From: a virus | Taxonomy: Duplodnaviria > Caudoviricetes | DNA: 62,858 bases | IMG/VR virus record: IMGVR_UViG_3300031974_002723 | Coordinates: 1-62,858 of that record | Reading direction: 5' to 3' (one strand) | Shown here: positions 55,194-62,858 of the stretch, in pieces | How the letters are laid out: each line of letters opens with the position of its first letter | Position numbering within the stretch: the first letter of the stretch is position 1 | Made by a program: the position numbers and the translations under genes | The notes under the pieces: generated by a model | The model's input: only the letters and a program-made list of their open reading frames with translations | Told to the model about the DNA's origin: nothing | The model's database searches: none

Positions 55194-55644
55194 GTGGTAT
55201 GTTGTCTTTGATTATACTTATCGCTTGTTCGACCTGCTGTCGATTCTTACAAATGAACAGCATAGGTAGCGGTTTTCCAAGTTCGGTTAAGTATTTCATA
55301 AACAGCTTCCAGCGCATAGGGAAGTCGTGGTGAGAATGAAGGAAGCCCTTCGTCTCTATGATCCAGCTCTCGTCCTTCGCAACGAAGTCGGGCTTGTAAC
55401 GTATCGGGAGCGCAACACTGTTGCTCCGATCGGTCATCTCCTTCTTCTTGGAGGTCATCTTCCAGTACGTTCCTTCGTATCGGAATCTGTCCATGAGCGT
55501 ATACTCATGTTCCTCGTAGGAAAAAGGTATCCCCGATTCAGCAAGAAGGTCAGCGCAAGTCTTCTCAAGACCACTCTTATACCTTCCTAACTCCCTCTTC
55601 TTGGCAGATTTCCTTCTGGAAGTCTGTCCTCTTTTTCGCTTCAC
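55117..55644 (-). CDS. T7 endonuclease I-like Holliday junction resolvase
   Basis: YKSGLE, YE, YKPDF, IIETKG. Confidence 0.82.
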   Translation of the reverse strand: MKRKRGQTSRRKSAKKRELGRYKSGLEKTCADLLAESGIPFSYEEHEYTLMDRFRYEGTYWKMTSKKKEMTDRSNSVALPIRYKPDFVAKDESWIIETKGFLHSHHDFPMRWKLFMKYLTELGKPLPMLFICKNRQQVEQAISIIKDNIPHDKGRRGKKLRNSMREDAPPDSELL

Positions 55645-55660
55645 ATGGGGAAGTTACAGC

Positions 55661-57466
55661 TTAAATCGATGCGAACGTCTCATTTGGGGACATCTTAAAA
55701 GTTTTGTAGTTGTTGAATTCATTTCCAATGGGTTGGAACAGCTTCTCCTGTGTATAATTCGACCTGAAGGCCGTCATTGAGGTGTCCATAGTGAAGGTCA
55801 AAGGCTCGTCAATCGACGTTGGCATACCTCCAGTCTCGACATCGCGAACCTTCCTGACATGAAGTTCGGTGGTTTTCTTGATGTTGTTGTCTGGCGCCTG
55901 GACCTTGCGGTGGATCGTAAGGAAGCAGTCGGCTCGGTTCACGAACTTGCCGCCACCCTCGGTATCCTCAGCATACGGGGCCACAGGCAATCCGTCGTCA
56001 CCCTTGCGGCGTTGCGCTTCGGTAACAGCGTGCATGTTCAACCAGACCGCTACGTCATTGGCGTTGGAGAACGTAAGGAACTCCGAAGCCGCTTGGTAGT
56101 GGTAGTCGTGGCTGTTGCCCTGACCGCTAAGCTCAAGCTTGAGGCTGTTGTACGGGTCAACCAGAACAGCATCGAACTTCTCTTGACGGTAAATCTTCTC
56201 AAGGAAGACAATGATGTCGGTGTAGCTGTACACTTGGTTGTTGCTGATGACGGTGAAGTGGTCGTTCACCCACTTGTATGCGGTCTTACGCTGATCGTAG
56301 GTCATGTCCCCAATCTTGCGGTTCGTCGCAAACTGCATGAGCGTCATCTTGAGCGAAGCAGTCCTGTTCTCCGAGGAGTACACCACCCACTTCCAGTTGT
56401 GTCGCCGTGCGGCGTTCACCATCAGGTAGAGCATCATGGTCGTCTTGCCGACGTTGCTGTGGCCGTTGATGATAGTGAACTCCTTCTTGTATCGGAAGTG
56501 TTGGTCCAGCTTGGCATCACCCGTGTCGAGCCCAACTTGAATCCGACCGTTGGCGTAGTCGTCAATCCATCGGAAGTCTTCGTCGTCAGATGAGATGAAG
56601 GACATGTCCCCGTCATTGATGAGGAGCTCACGCTGGGCGTTCTGCTCGGCACCGATGACATCCTTGATGGGGTCGTTCTTACCTCTCTCCAATCCTTCTC
56701 GGATGGTCTTGAGGGCGTGCTCTTCGCTGTCGATGTCGCGCTTGGTAATCTCGCGCATCAGGATCCTGACGGCCTCTTCTTCCTCGATACGTCCAGCACC
56801 GACAAATCCACCCAGCAGTCGGGCGGCACGCAGGAGGGTGTTGTGCTTCTCCCCGTCATCGCACTGGCGAATCATGCGGCAGGCGAGGTTGAGCTTCATG
56901 TAGTCCGTGAACTCCCCCTTCTTGGCCTCTTGCACCTGCTCGCTACGCTCAGAGGCAAATGCCCCGAACTTCTGCGCCCCAGGATTGAGGATGAGGTCAG
57001 GGTCGTAGGACTCGAAGCAAGCGCGAGACTCGTTGACACCAGACTCGTCAACCTCAAGGTCGTACTGCTTGTGGAAGTAGTTCTTGAGTGCTCGGAAGTG
57101 ATCGCGGTGCCGCTCAGGGTTGGTTACCCGAACCAGCGCCTTGAGCCCGTCGCCCGACGGAGAAACCCAACAGGAGTAGACGTAAGCGTCAGTAGCCAGG
57201 ATCGACTTGGATTTCTCAACGTCAATGTGATCGAAGTCCAGTACAATGAGTCCGCTGTGATCGAACAGACCCTCGTCACTGCGGTCTGAGAACTCGCCGC
57301 TAAAGCAGACAATCGGAAGCTGTTTCTTTGCGTCTTTGTCGCCATCACGAACAGACTCAATCGTGGTTTTCGACTGGCCCTCGCGGATCCTCCCAAGGGC
57401 AGTATGGATATCCACATGGTGTGGGTTGTCCTTGTCGTACAGGTTCTTGAAGAACGTTACTTTCAT
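55661..57466 (-). CDS. Primase-helicase (BT4734/VirE-N-like domain plus SF4 helicase)
   Basis: KKQLP..SGLIVLDFDH..SPSGDGLK; GHSNVGKT; VDPYN; KVR. Confidence 0.85.
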   Translation of the reverse strand: MKVTFFKNLYDKDNPHHVDIHTALGRIREGQSKTTIESVRDGDKDAKKQLPIVCFSGEFSDRSDEGLFDHSGLIVLDFDHIDVEKSKSILATDAYVYSCWVSPSGDGLKALVRVTNPERHRDHFRALKNYFHKQYDLEVDESGVNESRACFESYDPDLILNPGAQKFGAFASERSEQVQEAKKGEFTDYMKLNLACRMIRQCDDGEKHNTLLRAARLLGGFVGAGRIEEEEAVRILMREITKRDIDSEEHALKTIREGLERGKNDPIKDVIGAEQNAQRELLINDGDMSFISSDDEDFRWIDDYANGRIQVGLDTGDAKLDQHFRYKKEFTIINGHSNVGKTTMMLYLMVNAARRHNWKWVVYSSENRTASLKMTLMQFATNRKIGDMTYDQRKTAYKWVNDHFTVISNNQVYSYTDIIVFLEKIYRQEKFDAVLVDPYNSLKLELSGQGNSHDYHYQAASEFLTFSNANDVAVWLNMHAVTEAQRRKGDDGLPVAPYAEDTEGGGKFVNRADCFLTIHRKVQAPDNNIKKTTELHVRKVRDVETGGMPTSIDEPLTFTMDTSMTAFRSNYTQEKLFQPIGNEFNNYKTFKMSPNETFASI

Positions 57467-57641
57467 TGTATTCGTGTTCTAGAATGAGTTGTAGGTAGTG
57501 GATGGCTTTCTTGATGTCGTCTGCCCCACCCTTTTTAGCATGACGACTTACGTACTTGACAACGTTGCCCTCCATGAATGAGAGCTCGTTGCGGTTGATG
57601 TATTCGATGGGCTCAATGGCCATCTTGTAATGCTTGCTCAT
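57357..57641 (-). CDS. DUF3310-like protein
   Basis: HY..IEPI..GNVVKYVSR..KGG..DIKKAIHYL. Confidence 0.8.
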   Translation of the reverse strand: MSKHYKMAIEPIEYINRNELSFMEGNVVKYVSRHAKKGGADDIKKAIHYLQLILEHEYNESNVLQEPVRQGQPTPCGYPYCPWEDPRGPVENHD

Positions 57642-57895
57642 ATCGCGTTGCTGTTTACATGTCCGTGTGTCTTGACATCTCTGACACCTCTGATGATGAT
57701 GCGCTTCTCACCCTTGAAGGTCTTGCCGTAGCATTCACGCTTCAGCCTCTCCATGGTGCGAGGGCAGTTCTTCATCAGCTCACTTGGGGTGCAGTACCTA
57801 GACACCGCCCACGATTCTTTATTGATCGTGCTCTTGTTCTTCTTGTACGCTACGTCCAGCGTCATCGAGTATATCTGGGGCTTTGAGGTTTGCAT
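57638..57895 (-). CDS. Hypothetical protein
   Basis: 85 aa, coupled to the next gene. Confidence 0.6.
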   Translation of the reverse strand: MQTSKPQIYSMTLDVAYKKNKSTINKESWAVSRYCTPSELMKNCPRTMERLKRECYGKTFKGEKRIIIRGVRDVKTHGHVNSNAI

Positions 57896-58172
57896 TCCAC
57901 TTGCGCTTTAGTTTCTTCGATATCCAGACCATATCTACCCGCTGTCCAATCTTCTCCCATGTATCTGGGCGAGTCAGGACGACGCAGTTGTCCCCCTCTT
58001 TGTTCGGGATGAACAGGAGCAGAAAGTCAGCGTCGAATTTAGGTACGGATACAGTGAAGTCTTTGTCGTAGTTCTCTGCGTGAACGTGAAAGGACATTCG
58101 CTTCCCGTTCTTACTGGCAGAGAAAGTTTGGGGGCTGAGAAACTCGATGTCTCTCAACCCCCATTCGATCAT
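57819..58172 (-). CDS. Hypothetical protein (MIEWG...)
   Basis: In-frame ATG downstream of the SSB-like gene. Confidence 0.55.
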   Translation of the reverse strand: MIEWGLRDIEFLSPQTFSASKNGKRMSFHVHAENYDKDFTVSVPKFDADFLLLFIPNKEGDNCVVLTRPDTWEKIGQRVDMVWISKKLKRKWNANLKAPDILDDAGRSVQEEQEHDQ

Positions 58173-58191
58173 GGCGTATATGCCGAATCCT

Positions 58192-58497
58192 TTAGAAAGG
58201 AAGGTCATCTTGGGCCACTTGATGGCTGGCCGCCTTAGCCTCACGCTTCTCCTTAGCGGCTTCGCTATTCGGGTTGAAGACACGGGCGCAGGCCTTGCCA
58301 TTCTTGCTCATGAACAACGTCACGTAGACATTGCCACCACGACCTTGCTCGTCACGGCGGGTGACGTATTGGTCGAGCATGTCTTTCAGCTCGTTGTCTT
58401 TGAGACGAACAGACCAGCTCATCAGCTCGTTGTTGTCATTGAACTTGGGTTCGTCGGCCCACCCGACGAGAACGGAGTCGTACTTAGTATCGCTCAT
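58192..58497 (-). CDS. SSB-like protein
   Basis: C-terminal DDLPF; next to recombination genes. Confidence 0.7.
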   Translation of the reverse strand: MSDTKYDSVLVGWADEPKFNDNNELMSWSVRLKDNELKDMLDQYVTRRDEQGRGGNVYVTLFMSKNGKACARVFNPNSEAAKEKREAKAASHQVAQDDLPF

Positions 58498-58603
58498 TTG
58501 TTTATTGGATTATGGGTAAAGAATTAATTGGATTAGTGTGATGACGACAGTCAAGGCCAGTGTGTATGCCATGACCATCGAAAGCCCGTAGGCAAGGTAC
58601 GCT

Positions 58604-59392
58604 TTATACTTTGAATCGAAGGTAATCTTGAACTGGTGTACGTCCCTCTCTAAGGAACTTTTCAATTCTCTCAATGGCATCGTTGAACTTCATTTCGCCA
58701 GCAAAGAGAGTCTCTTCTGAGCACTCCACGATCGCTGGCAGGTAAGGAAACGTCTTCTCTTGCACGAGCCAGTAGAACTCGCTTACACCGAAGACCTTGG
58801 TGTAGATGTACGCTTGGATGTCGTAACTGAAATCCCGAACGCTGTACCTGAACTTGGATACGGACTTGGTAGACTTGGAGTCCACAATGAATCCGTCACC
58901 GAGGCAGTCGAGGAATCCCTTGACCTTGATGGGTCCGAGCATCTCGTTGAACTCAACTTGGTACTTGGCACTCGACAGGTACTGATCGGCAAGCCCGCAT
59001 TCTTCGAGCCTGTCAATCATGTCGTTCGCCATCTTCCAATCCTCAGGGGACACCAGCTTCTTGTCATTGGACTCAGCCTCCGCAATCATCTCTGCCTTGA
59101 GCTTCTTGAACTCAGCAGACATACTTGGGCGCTTCATCTTCCTGACTGCATCAGAGCACAGGTCCAGGATCCTGTCGTCAGATACGACGGTGTACAGGTT
59201 CATCGCCTTATCGCGCTCGAAGAGGAGCATGTCGTAGAGAGTACCGAAGTCCAGTGCAGGAGACTCGAACTTCAGTTCTTTCTTCATGTACAGGTCGAAC
59301 TTGGCCATGTCGTCAAGCGCAACCTTGAGAGAGGAGTACGACAAGTGTGACTTGCCGTACCTCTCTTCGAGGGCTTTAGGGATATCAATCAT
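58604..59392 (-). CDS. RecE/ExoVIII-like PD-(D/E)XK exonuclease
   Basis: LSYSSLK, FGT, KGFLD..VDSKST, Y.IQA.IY. Confidence 0.82.
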   Translation of the reverse strand: MIDIPKALEERYGKSHLSYSSLKVALDDMAKFDLYMKKELKFESPALDFGTLYDMLLFERDKAMNLYTVVSDDRILDLCSDAVRKMKRPSMSAEFKKLKAEMIAEAESNDKKLVSPEDWKMANDMIDRLEECGLADQYLSSAKYQVEFNEMLGPIKVKGFLDCLGDGFIVDSKSTKSVSKFRYSVRDFSYDIQAYIYTKVFGVSEFYWLVQEKTFPYLPAIVECSEETLFAGEMKFNDAIERIEKFLREGRTPVQDYLRFKV

Positions 59393-59931
59393 CGAACAAA
59401 CTTCTTGAGACCAGCTTTCTGCTTGTCGGACAACTCGTCACCGTACTTACCGATGATGCTGTCGTATGCCTTCTGCTTGTCAGTTTGACCCTTGATGTAG
59501 TTCACGGCCTTGTCCATGATCGAGGTCTCGGACTTGGGCTCACGCTTCGGGGCGGAATTGGCGGGTGCTGAGTCCTGCTGAGCAATCGCATCTTGGACCT
59601 CATTCGCAGAAGCGATAGACACGTCAATACCGATACCAAGCATAGCCAGAGCACGCCCTACTGCAGAGGTTTCGCAGTTCTCGACGTAGCTCGTCTTGTT
59701 GATGTTGCTTGCGGTCTTCACCTCGTGGGCGTGTCCCACTGCAACAATGCTACCCTGGGGGTCGGTGATGGAAGCGCGGCAAAGGCACTCGGCATCGGTG
59801 AGCATGGGAAACTCAGTATGGATGCCCCAGTTCTTGTACTGCTCTTCTTGACGAAAAAACTTGATACGCTCGTTAACTTCAACGTACTGCTTGCCACGGA
59901 TGTTCGTGGTCTTGAACTTGTAATTACTCAT
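59389..59931 (-). CDS. Putative single-strand annealing protein
   Basis: GKQYVEVNERI...ENCETSAVGRAL; sits beside the exonuclease and SSB-like genes. Confidence 0.65.
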   Translation of the reverse strand: MSNYKFKTTNIRGKQYVEVNERIKFFRQEEQYKNWGIHTEFPMLTDAECLCRASITDPQGSIVAVGHAHEVKTASNINKTSYVENCETSAVGRALAMLGIGIDVSIASANEVQDAIAQQDSAPANSAPKREPKSETSIMDKAVNYIKGQTDKQKAYDSIIGKYGDELSDKQKAGLKKFVR

Positions 59932-60128
59932 TTCAATTCTGATTTCATTTGATTAGCCATCTCCTTTGCTCCAAGAGCGTCTTTGGGGGCGTATTTCGGA
60001 TTGTACCATACGTACTCTCCATCTTCGTTAATGGTGTACTTTATCTTTCCTTCCAACACCCAGGCCTTCAGCCTTTCTTCAATGTCGGCCTCAGTGATGT
60101 CTCCGAATGGATTCTTAAATAAACTCAT
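59928..60128 (-). CDS. Hypothetical protein
   Basis: 66 aa with ATGA overlaps. Confidence 0.6.
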   Translation of the reverse strand: MSLFKNPFGDITEADIEERLKAWVLEGKIKYTINEDGEYVWYNPKYAPKDALGAKEMANQMKSELK

Positions 60129-60547
60129 TTGTCTTCAGTTTGCGGGATTGGGATTGAGTCGAGTTCGTTGCGGAGGATAGCACACTCCTGTTCTAAAATG
60201 TAGATTTGATTCGTGAGGTTAGCGAGGCGGTCTGCCTTGCTGGTCGCAGAAAGTCGATTGTCTACAATGAGCTTCGCTTTCTCATACAGGTCTTCATATC
60301 CTTTCCAGAATTGAAGGTTGTCAGCATGGTTGATGGTCATGTGCGCTACGGTCGATCGATCTCGTCCGAGCACCTCTGCAACCTCTTGCTGATTGTCTGC
60401 CCAGTGGGACAGGGCTACGCCGATGGCGTTGCGTGCTTTGACTTGGTCGGCACGCCGACTGTTGTCTGGGATAACGCCGATGGCGGCGTAATAGGTCTCT
60501 ACTGCTGAGAGCATTAGCAACCTACGATTGTGTGGATTGAATTTCAT
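60125..60547 (-). CDS. HTH protein (DnaA C-terminal-like)
   Basis: SRR..V.AR...VAEVLGRDRSTVAH. Confidence 0.7.
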   Translation of the reverse strand: MKFNPHNRRLLMLSAVETYYAAIGVIPDNSRRADQVKARNAIGVALSHWADNQQEVAEVLGRDRSTVAHMTINHADNLQFWKGYEDLYEKAKLIVDNRLSATSKADRLANLTNQIYILEQECAILRNELDSIPIPQTEDK

Positions 60548-60588
60548 TTGGGATGTGAATTTAGTGTGTTCATGTCAAATCCGCAAGG

Positions 60589-60660
60589 AAAAGGCGGACT
60601 TTGTTTCTTCGGGCTACTCACGGCCTGTCACGGGCTCTCCCCGCGCACCATGCGTCCGCC
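60589..60660 (-). ncRNA. Candidate structured RNA / attenuator
   Basis: GGCGGAC/GTCCGCC closing stem plus TTTT, enclosing two inner hairpins; intergenic. Confidence 0.4.
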
Positions 60661-60665
60661 CTGGG

Positions 60666-61007
60666 TCAGCGTTCTGACTCCATCTCCTTGGTGATTGCTT
60701 CGTGGATAGCTACATACTTGATCATGGATACCATGACGCTTTCGAGCTTGTCACGAAGGTTGTGCATTTCGATTTTGACACCACTGTCGTATCCAAAGAT
60801 ATCGCAACGCTCATCGATGAACTTCCCAGCAATGCTGTTGTTGTGTTCAATGAACTGACTCAAGTGAGCGGCAATGGGCAGGGATGCCCACAGCGTCACG
60901 TCGTCTTCGAGGATGTCCTCGCAAGCGAAGACCTTGGCTACAACGTCCTCCTTGGTGTTGTCCGATGTCATCTCTGCAACAATGCGGATGGCTCGCTCAT
61001 TCGTCAT
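60666..61007 (-). CDS. Hypothetical protein
   Basis: 113-aa ORF. Confidence 0.7.
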   Translation of the reverse strand: MTNERAIRIVAEMTSDNTKEDVVAKVFACEDILEDDVTLWASLPIAAHLSQFIEHNNSIAGKFIDERCDIFGYDSGVKIEMHNLRDKLESVMVSMIKYVAIHEAITKEMESER

Positions 61008-61142
61008 GGGGGCGGTGGTGGATTAGGACGGGGTCACCTGCACCGCGCTTGTCGGCCAGTTCCCAGTCGGGGGTTACACAAATTTCTCCAGTGCCGAGCT
61101 TGTATGCCCAGATGCACTCGTCTTGGGGGTCAATCACTATCA

Positions 61143-61289
61143 TCATCCGATTGTTTTTCCGTAAATCTTTTCTTTGAGGTCGTCTACATACCCGCCCAGG
61201 ACCACTGCCTTTGAGTAGTCGTGCCTACGCAGTTCGTTGAGGCACTTGTCCATGAGCGAGAAGATTTCAAATTCATGTCTCTGCTTCAT
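61143..61289 (-). CDS. Small hypothetical protein (MKQRHEF...)
   Basis: 48-aa ORF translated by hand; one of about three short ORFs in 60997-61420. Confidence 0.5.
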   Translation of the reverse strand: MKQRHEFEIFSLMDKCLNELRRHDYSKAVVLGGYVDDLKEKIYGKTIG

Positions 61290-61433
61290 CTTGCATCTTG
61301 AGTTTAAGTTTCGCTTCGTAGCTGTTGACCATGGCTTCCAGCATGATGACGTACCTGCGGTCGCCAGTCTCTTCGAGACGATCCGTCAGGTGCTCAATCA
61401 TGGCAAGCATGTCGTTCATGTACTCGTCTGTTA

Positions 61434-62081
61434 TCACGCTTCAATGCTTTCGATGGTGAATGCACCCCACAGGAATGTGCGGCGAGTGGTCCTGACCTTG
61501 GTCGTCGTGACCTTAGCCTCTGGGGTATTTACTTTGACCCAAGTCTTACCATCCCACTGGTAGTCAGCCTTAAGGTGCTTCAGCCATCGCCTGTTCATGG
61601 CGACCTTTGTTCGCCCAGGGAGTAAGTCATTTTGATTCAGGTTAACCCACAGAATAGAGCCGTCCCACCTCGTGTTGTTCATAACGAAATCAACGAGGTT
61701 AGCGTCTTCTTCTGCGGTCCACCCCGTCTTCGATTCAGTGGACGAAATCCCATTGACTCGTTTGTACCTGTCGATTGCAGTCCGAACAGACTGGTGCGAG
61801 ATTCCAAAATCTTTCCCAATCTGCCGAGTGGTGCATCCATTCGTGTGCGCCTCGTAGATTGCTTTGTAATCAATCTTGTGAGAAATCATGCGGGCTGACC
61901 CAATGGTCTTGATGTTCCAGTCTCGCTCCAGCTTGCGCCTGTGTGACCTAATATCCCTGCCCCCGATCAACTCTTTCTTCTTCACCTTGTAGGCAAGGAA
62001 GTTCCCTTCTTCGTCAGAGTACTTGTCGTACAACTCAACAAGTTGTTCTTCTTCTTCTGTGGTCCAGTATTTACGTCTCAT
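61434..62081 (-). CDS. Myb/SANT-like plus HTH DNA-binding protein
   Basis: YWTTEEEEQL and GWTAEEDANL..LPGRT..RW flanking TTRQIGKDFGISHQSVR. Confidence 0.65.
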   Translation of the reverse strand: MRRKYWTTEEEEQLVELYDKYSDEEGNFLAYKVKKKELIGGRDIRSHRRKLERDWNIKTIGSARMISHKIDYKAIYEAHTNGCTTRQIGKDFGISHQSVRTAIDRYKRVNGISSTESKTGWTAEEDANLVDFVMNNTRWDGSILWVNLNQNDLLPGRTKVAMNRRWLKHLKADYQWDGKTWVKVNTPEAKVTTTKVRTTRRTFLWGAFTIESIEA

Positions 62082-62091
62082 GTCTTTGTGT

Positions 62092-62424
62092 TTATCGATT
62101 GTCTTGCGCGGCGTGGATTCTGTTGATGTAGGAGTCGCGCTCTCTCCTGAGTTGTTCGTTTACTGCTGTAAGAGACTTGACCTCTTCTTTCCACTCGTCG
62201 ATAGCGGCGAGGGCCTCGACGTAGCGGGCATGCAGGGAGTTGCATGAGGAGGTGATGGCGGCCATCTCGTCACCCACGCTGTCGAGGAAGACGGCGATGT
62301 ATTCGAGGTCGTTAGCCACGTCAAAATCCGTGAGCGACTCAATGACCTTGGTGATGCGCTTCTGTGCGCCTTCGATAGTTGTTTCCATAACGTAGATGTT
62401 TTTGTTTTCGTGTCCTTCAATCAT
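62092..62424 (-). CDS. Coiled-coil protein
   Basis: In-frame ATG at 62424; heptad pattern. Confidence 0.65.
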   Translation of the reverse strand: MIEGHENKNIYVMETTIEGAQKRITKVIESLTDFDVANDLEYIAVFLDSVGDEMAAITSSCNSLHARYVEALAAIDEWKEEVKSLTAVNEQLRRERDSYINRIHAAQDNR

Positions 62425-62524
62425 GTCATTACGTCTGAGAGGATGTGTACAAAGCTTGCGGCCCCCAACACGATTGCCGTGTAGATGAGCAGTTGCCAAA
62501 AGGTGGCGGATTTAAATACGTCTT

Positions 62525-62773
62525 TCATTGGTTCTTGTATCGTTGGATGAGTTCTTTCTTCGGGTCTCCGTAGAGTTCGTCGTACAACTCCATTTCGTTG
62601 AAGCTGTCTCCGTCACGCAGGTGATTAGCGAGTTCGTCCAGCCAGTCACGCTCGTACTCCAATACCCACTTGTCGAACCGAAGGTCGAGGATGAGATAGG
62701 CGATTTCCGCAGGGGTCTTGCGTGAGATTTCATGCATCACTTTGTCGATGCGTTCTTGCTTAAATGTGCTCAT
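62525..62773 (-). CDS. Hypothetical protein (MSTFKQ...)
   Basis: 82 aa downstream of tRNA-Arg(CCU) across the circular junction; AC-rich leader. Confidence 0.7.
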   Translation of the reverse strand: MSTFKQERIDKVMHEISRKTPAEIAYLILDLRFDKWVLEYERDWLDELANHLRDGDSFNEMELYDELYGDPKKELIQRYKNQ

Positions 62774-62777
62774 GTCT

Positions 62778-62858
62778 GTGAGTGTTTAAATGTTTGTACC
62801 CCCAAGAGGAATCGAACCTCTATCTGCGGTTTAGGAAACCGATGCTCTATCCGTTGAG
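62778..62858. repeat. Direct terminal repeat, copy 2 (contains a partial tRNA-Arg)
   Basis: Identical to 1-81. Confidence 0.97.

Noticed and set aside
52711-59952. Plus-strand ORFs over nrdJ, helicase and exonuclease
   Set aside because: Antisense to well-supported genes.

Overview
The window looks like a complete, circularly assembled ~62.8 kb lytic dsDNA phage genome (bases 1-81 are repeated exactly at 62778-62858). The host is probably in the Bacteroidota (likely Flavobacteriales): there are many TTTG-N20-TAnnTTTG promoters, AC-rich leaders without Shine-Dalgarno sites, and a gene with a type IX secretion C-terminal domain. There are two divergent arms. The minus-strand arm (5261 down to 1, continuing 62858 down to 52561) holds small early genes, tRNA-Arg(CCU), recombination proteins, a primase-helicase, a resolvase and a class II ribonucleotide reductase. 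The plus-strand arm (6049-52454) holds small basic proteins, an M15 endolysin, a GroES-like protein, tRNA-Ile(UAU), tRNA-Arg(UCU), terminase, portal, fibres, major capsid, podovirus-like tail proteins, a 3222-aa internal virion protein and a holin. I found no integrase, DNA polymerase, RNA polymerase, reverse transcriptase or CRISPR array. Best leads: (1) a phage-encoded type IX secretion substrate with a stalk full of Bacteroidota O-glycosylation sequons; (2) a SAM-lyase-like domain present both as an early gene and inside the giant virion protein; (3) an A9 slippery site at the start of the giant gene that gives a short FG-rich product; (4) probably leaderless late mRNAs; (5) apparent CCGG avoidance alongside AGG/AGA/AUA tRNAs; (6) shared peptide tags (MRAKK/xxGGK, MIGLGLG); (7) several small structured-RNA candidates. 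All functional calls come from motif recognition by eye; no database searches were run.
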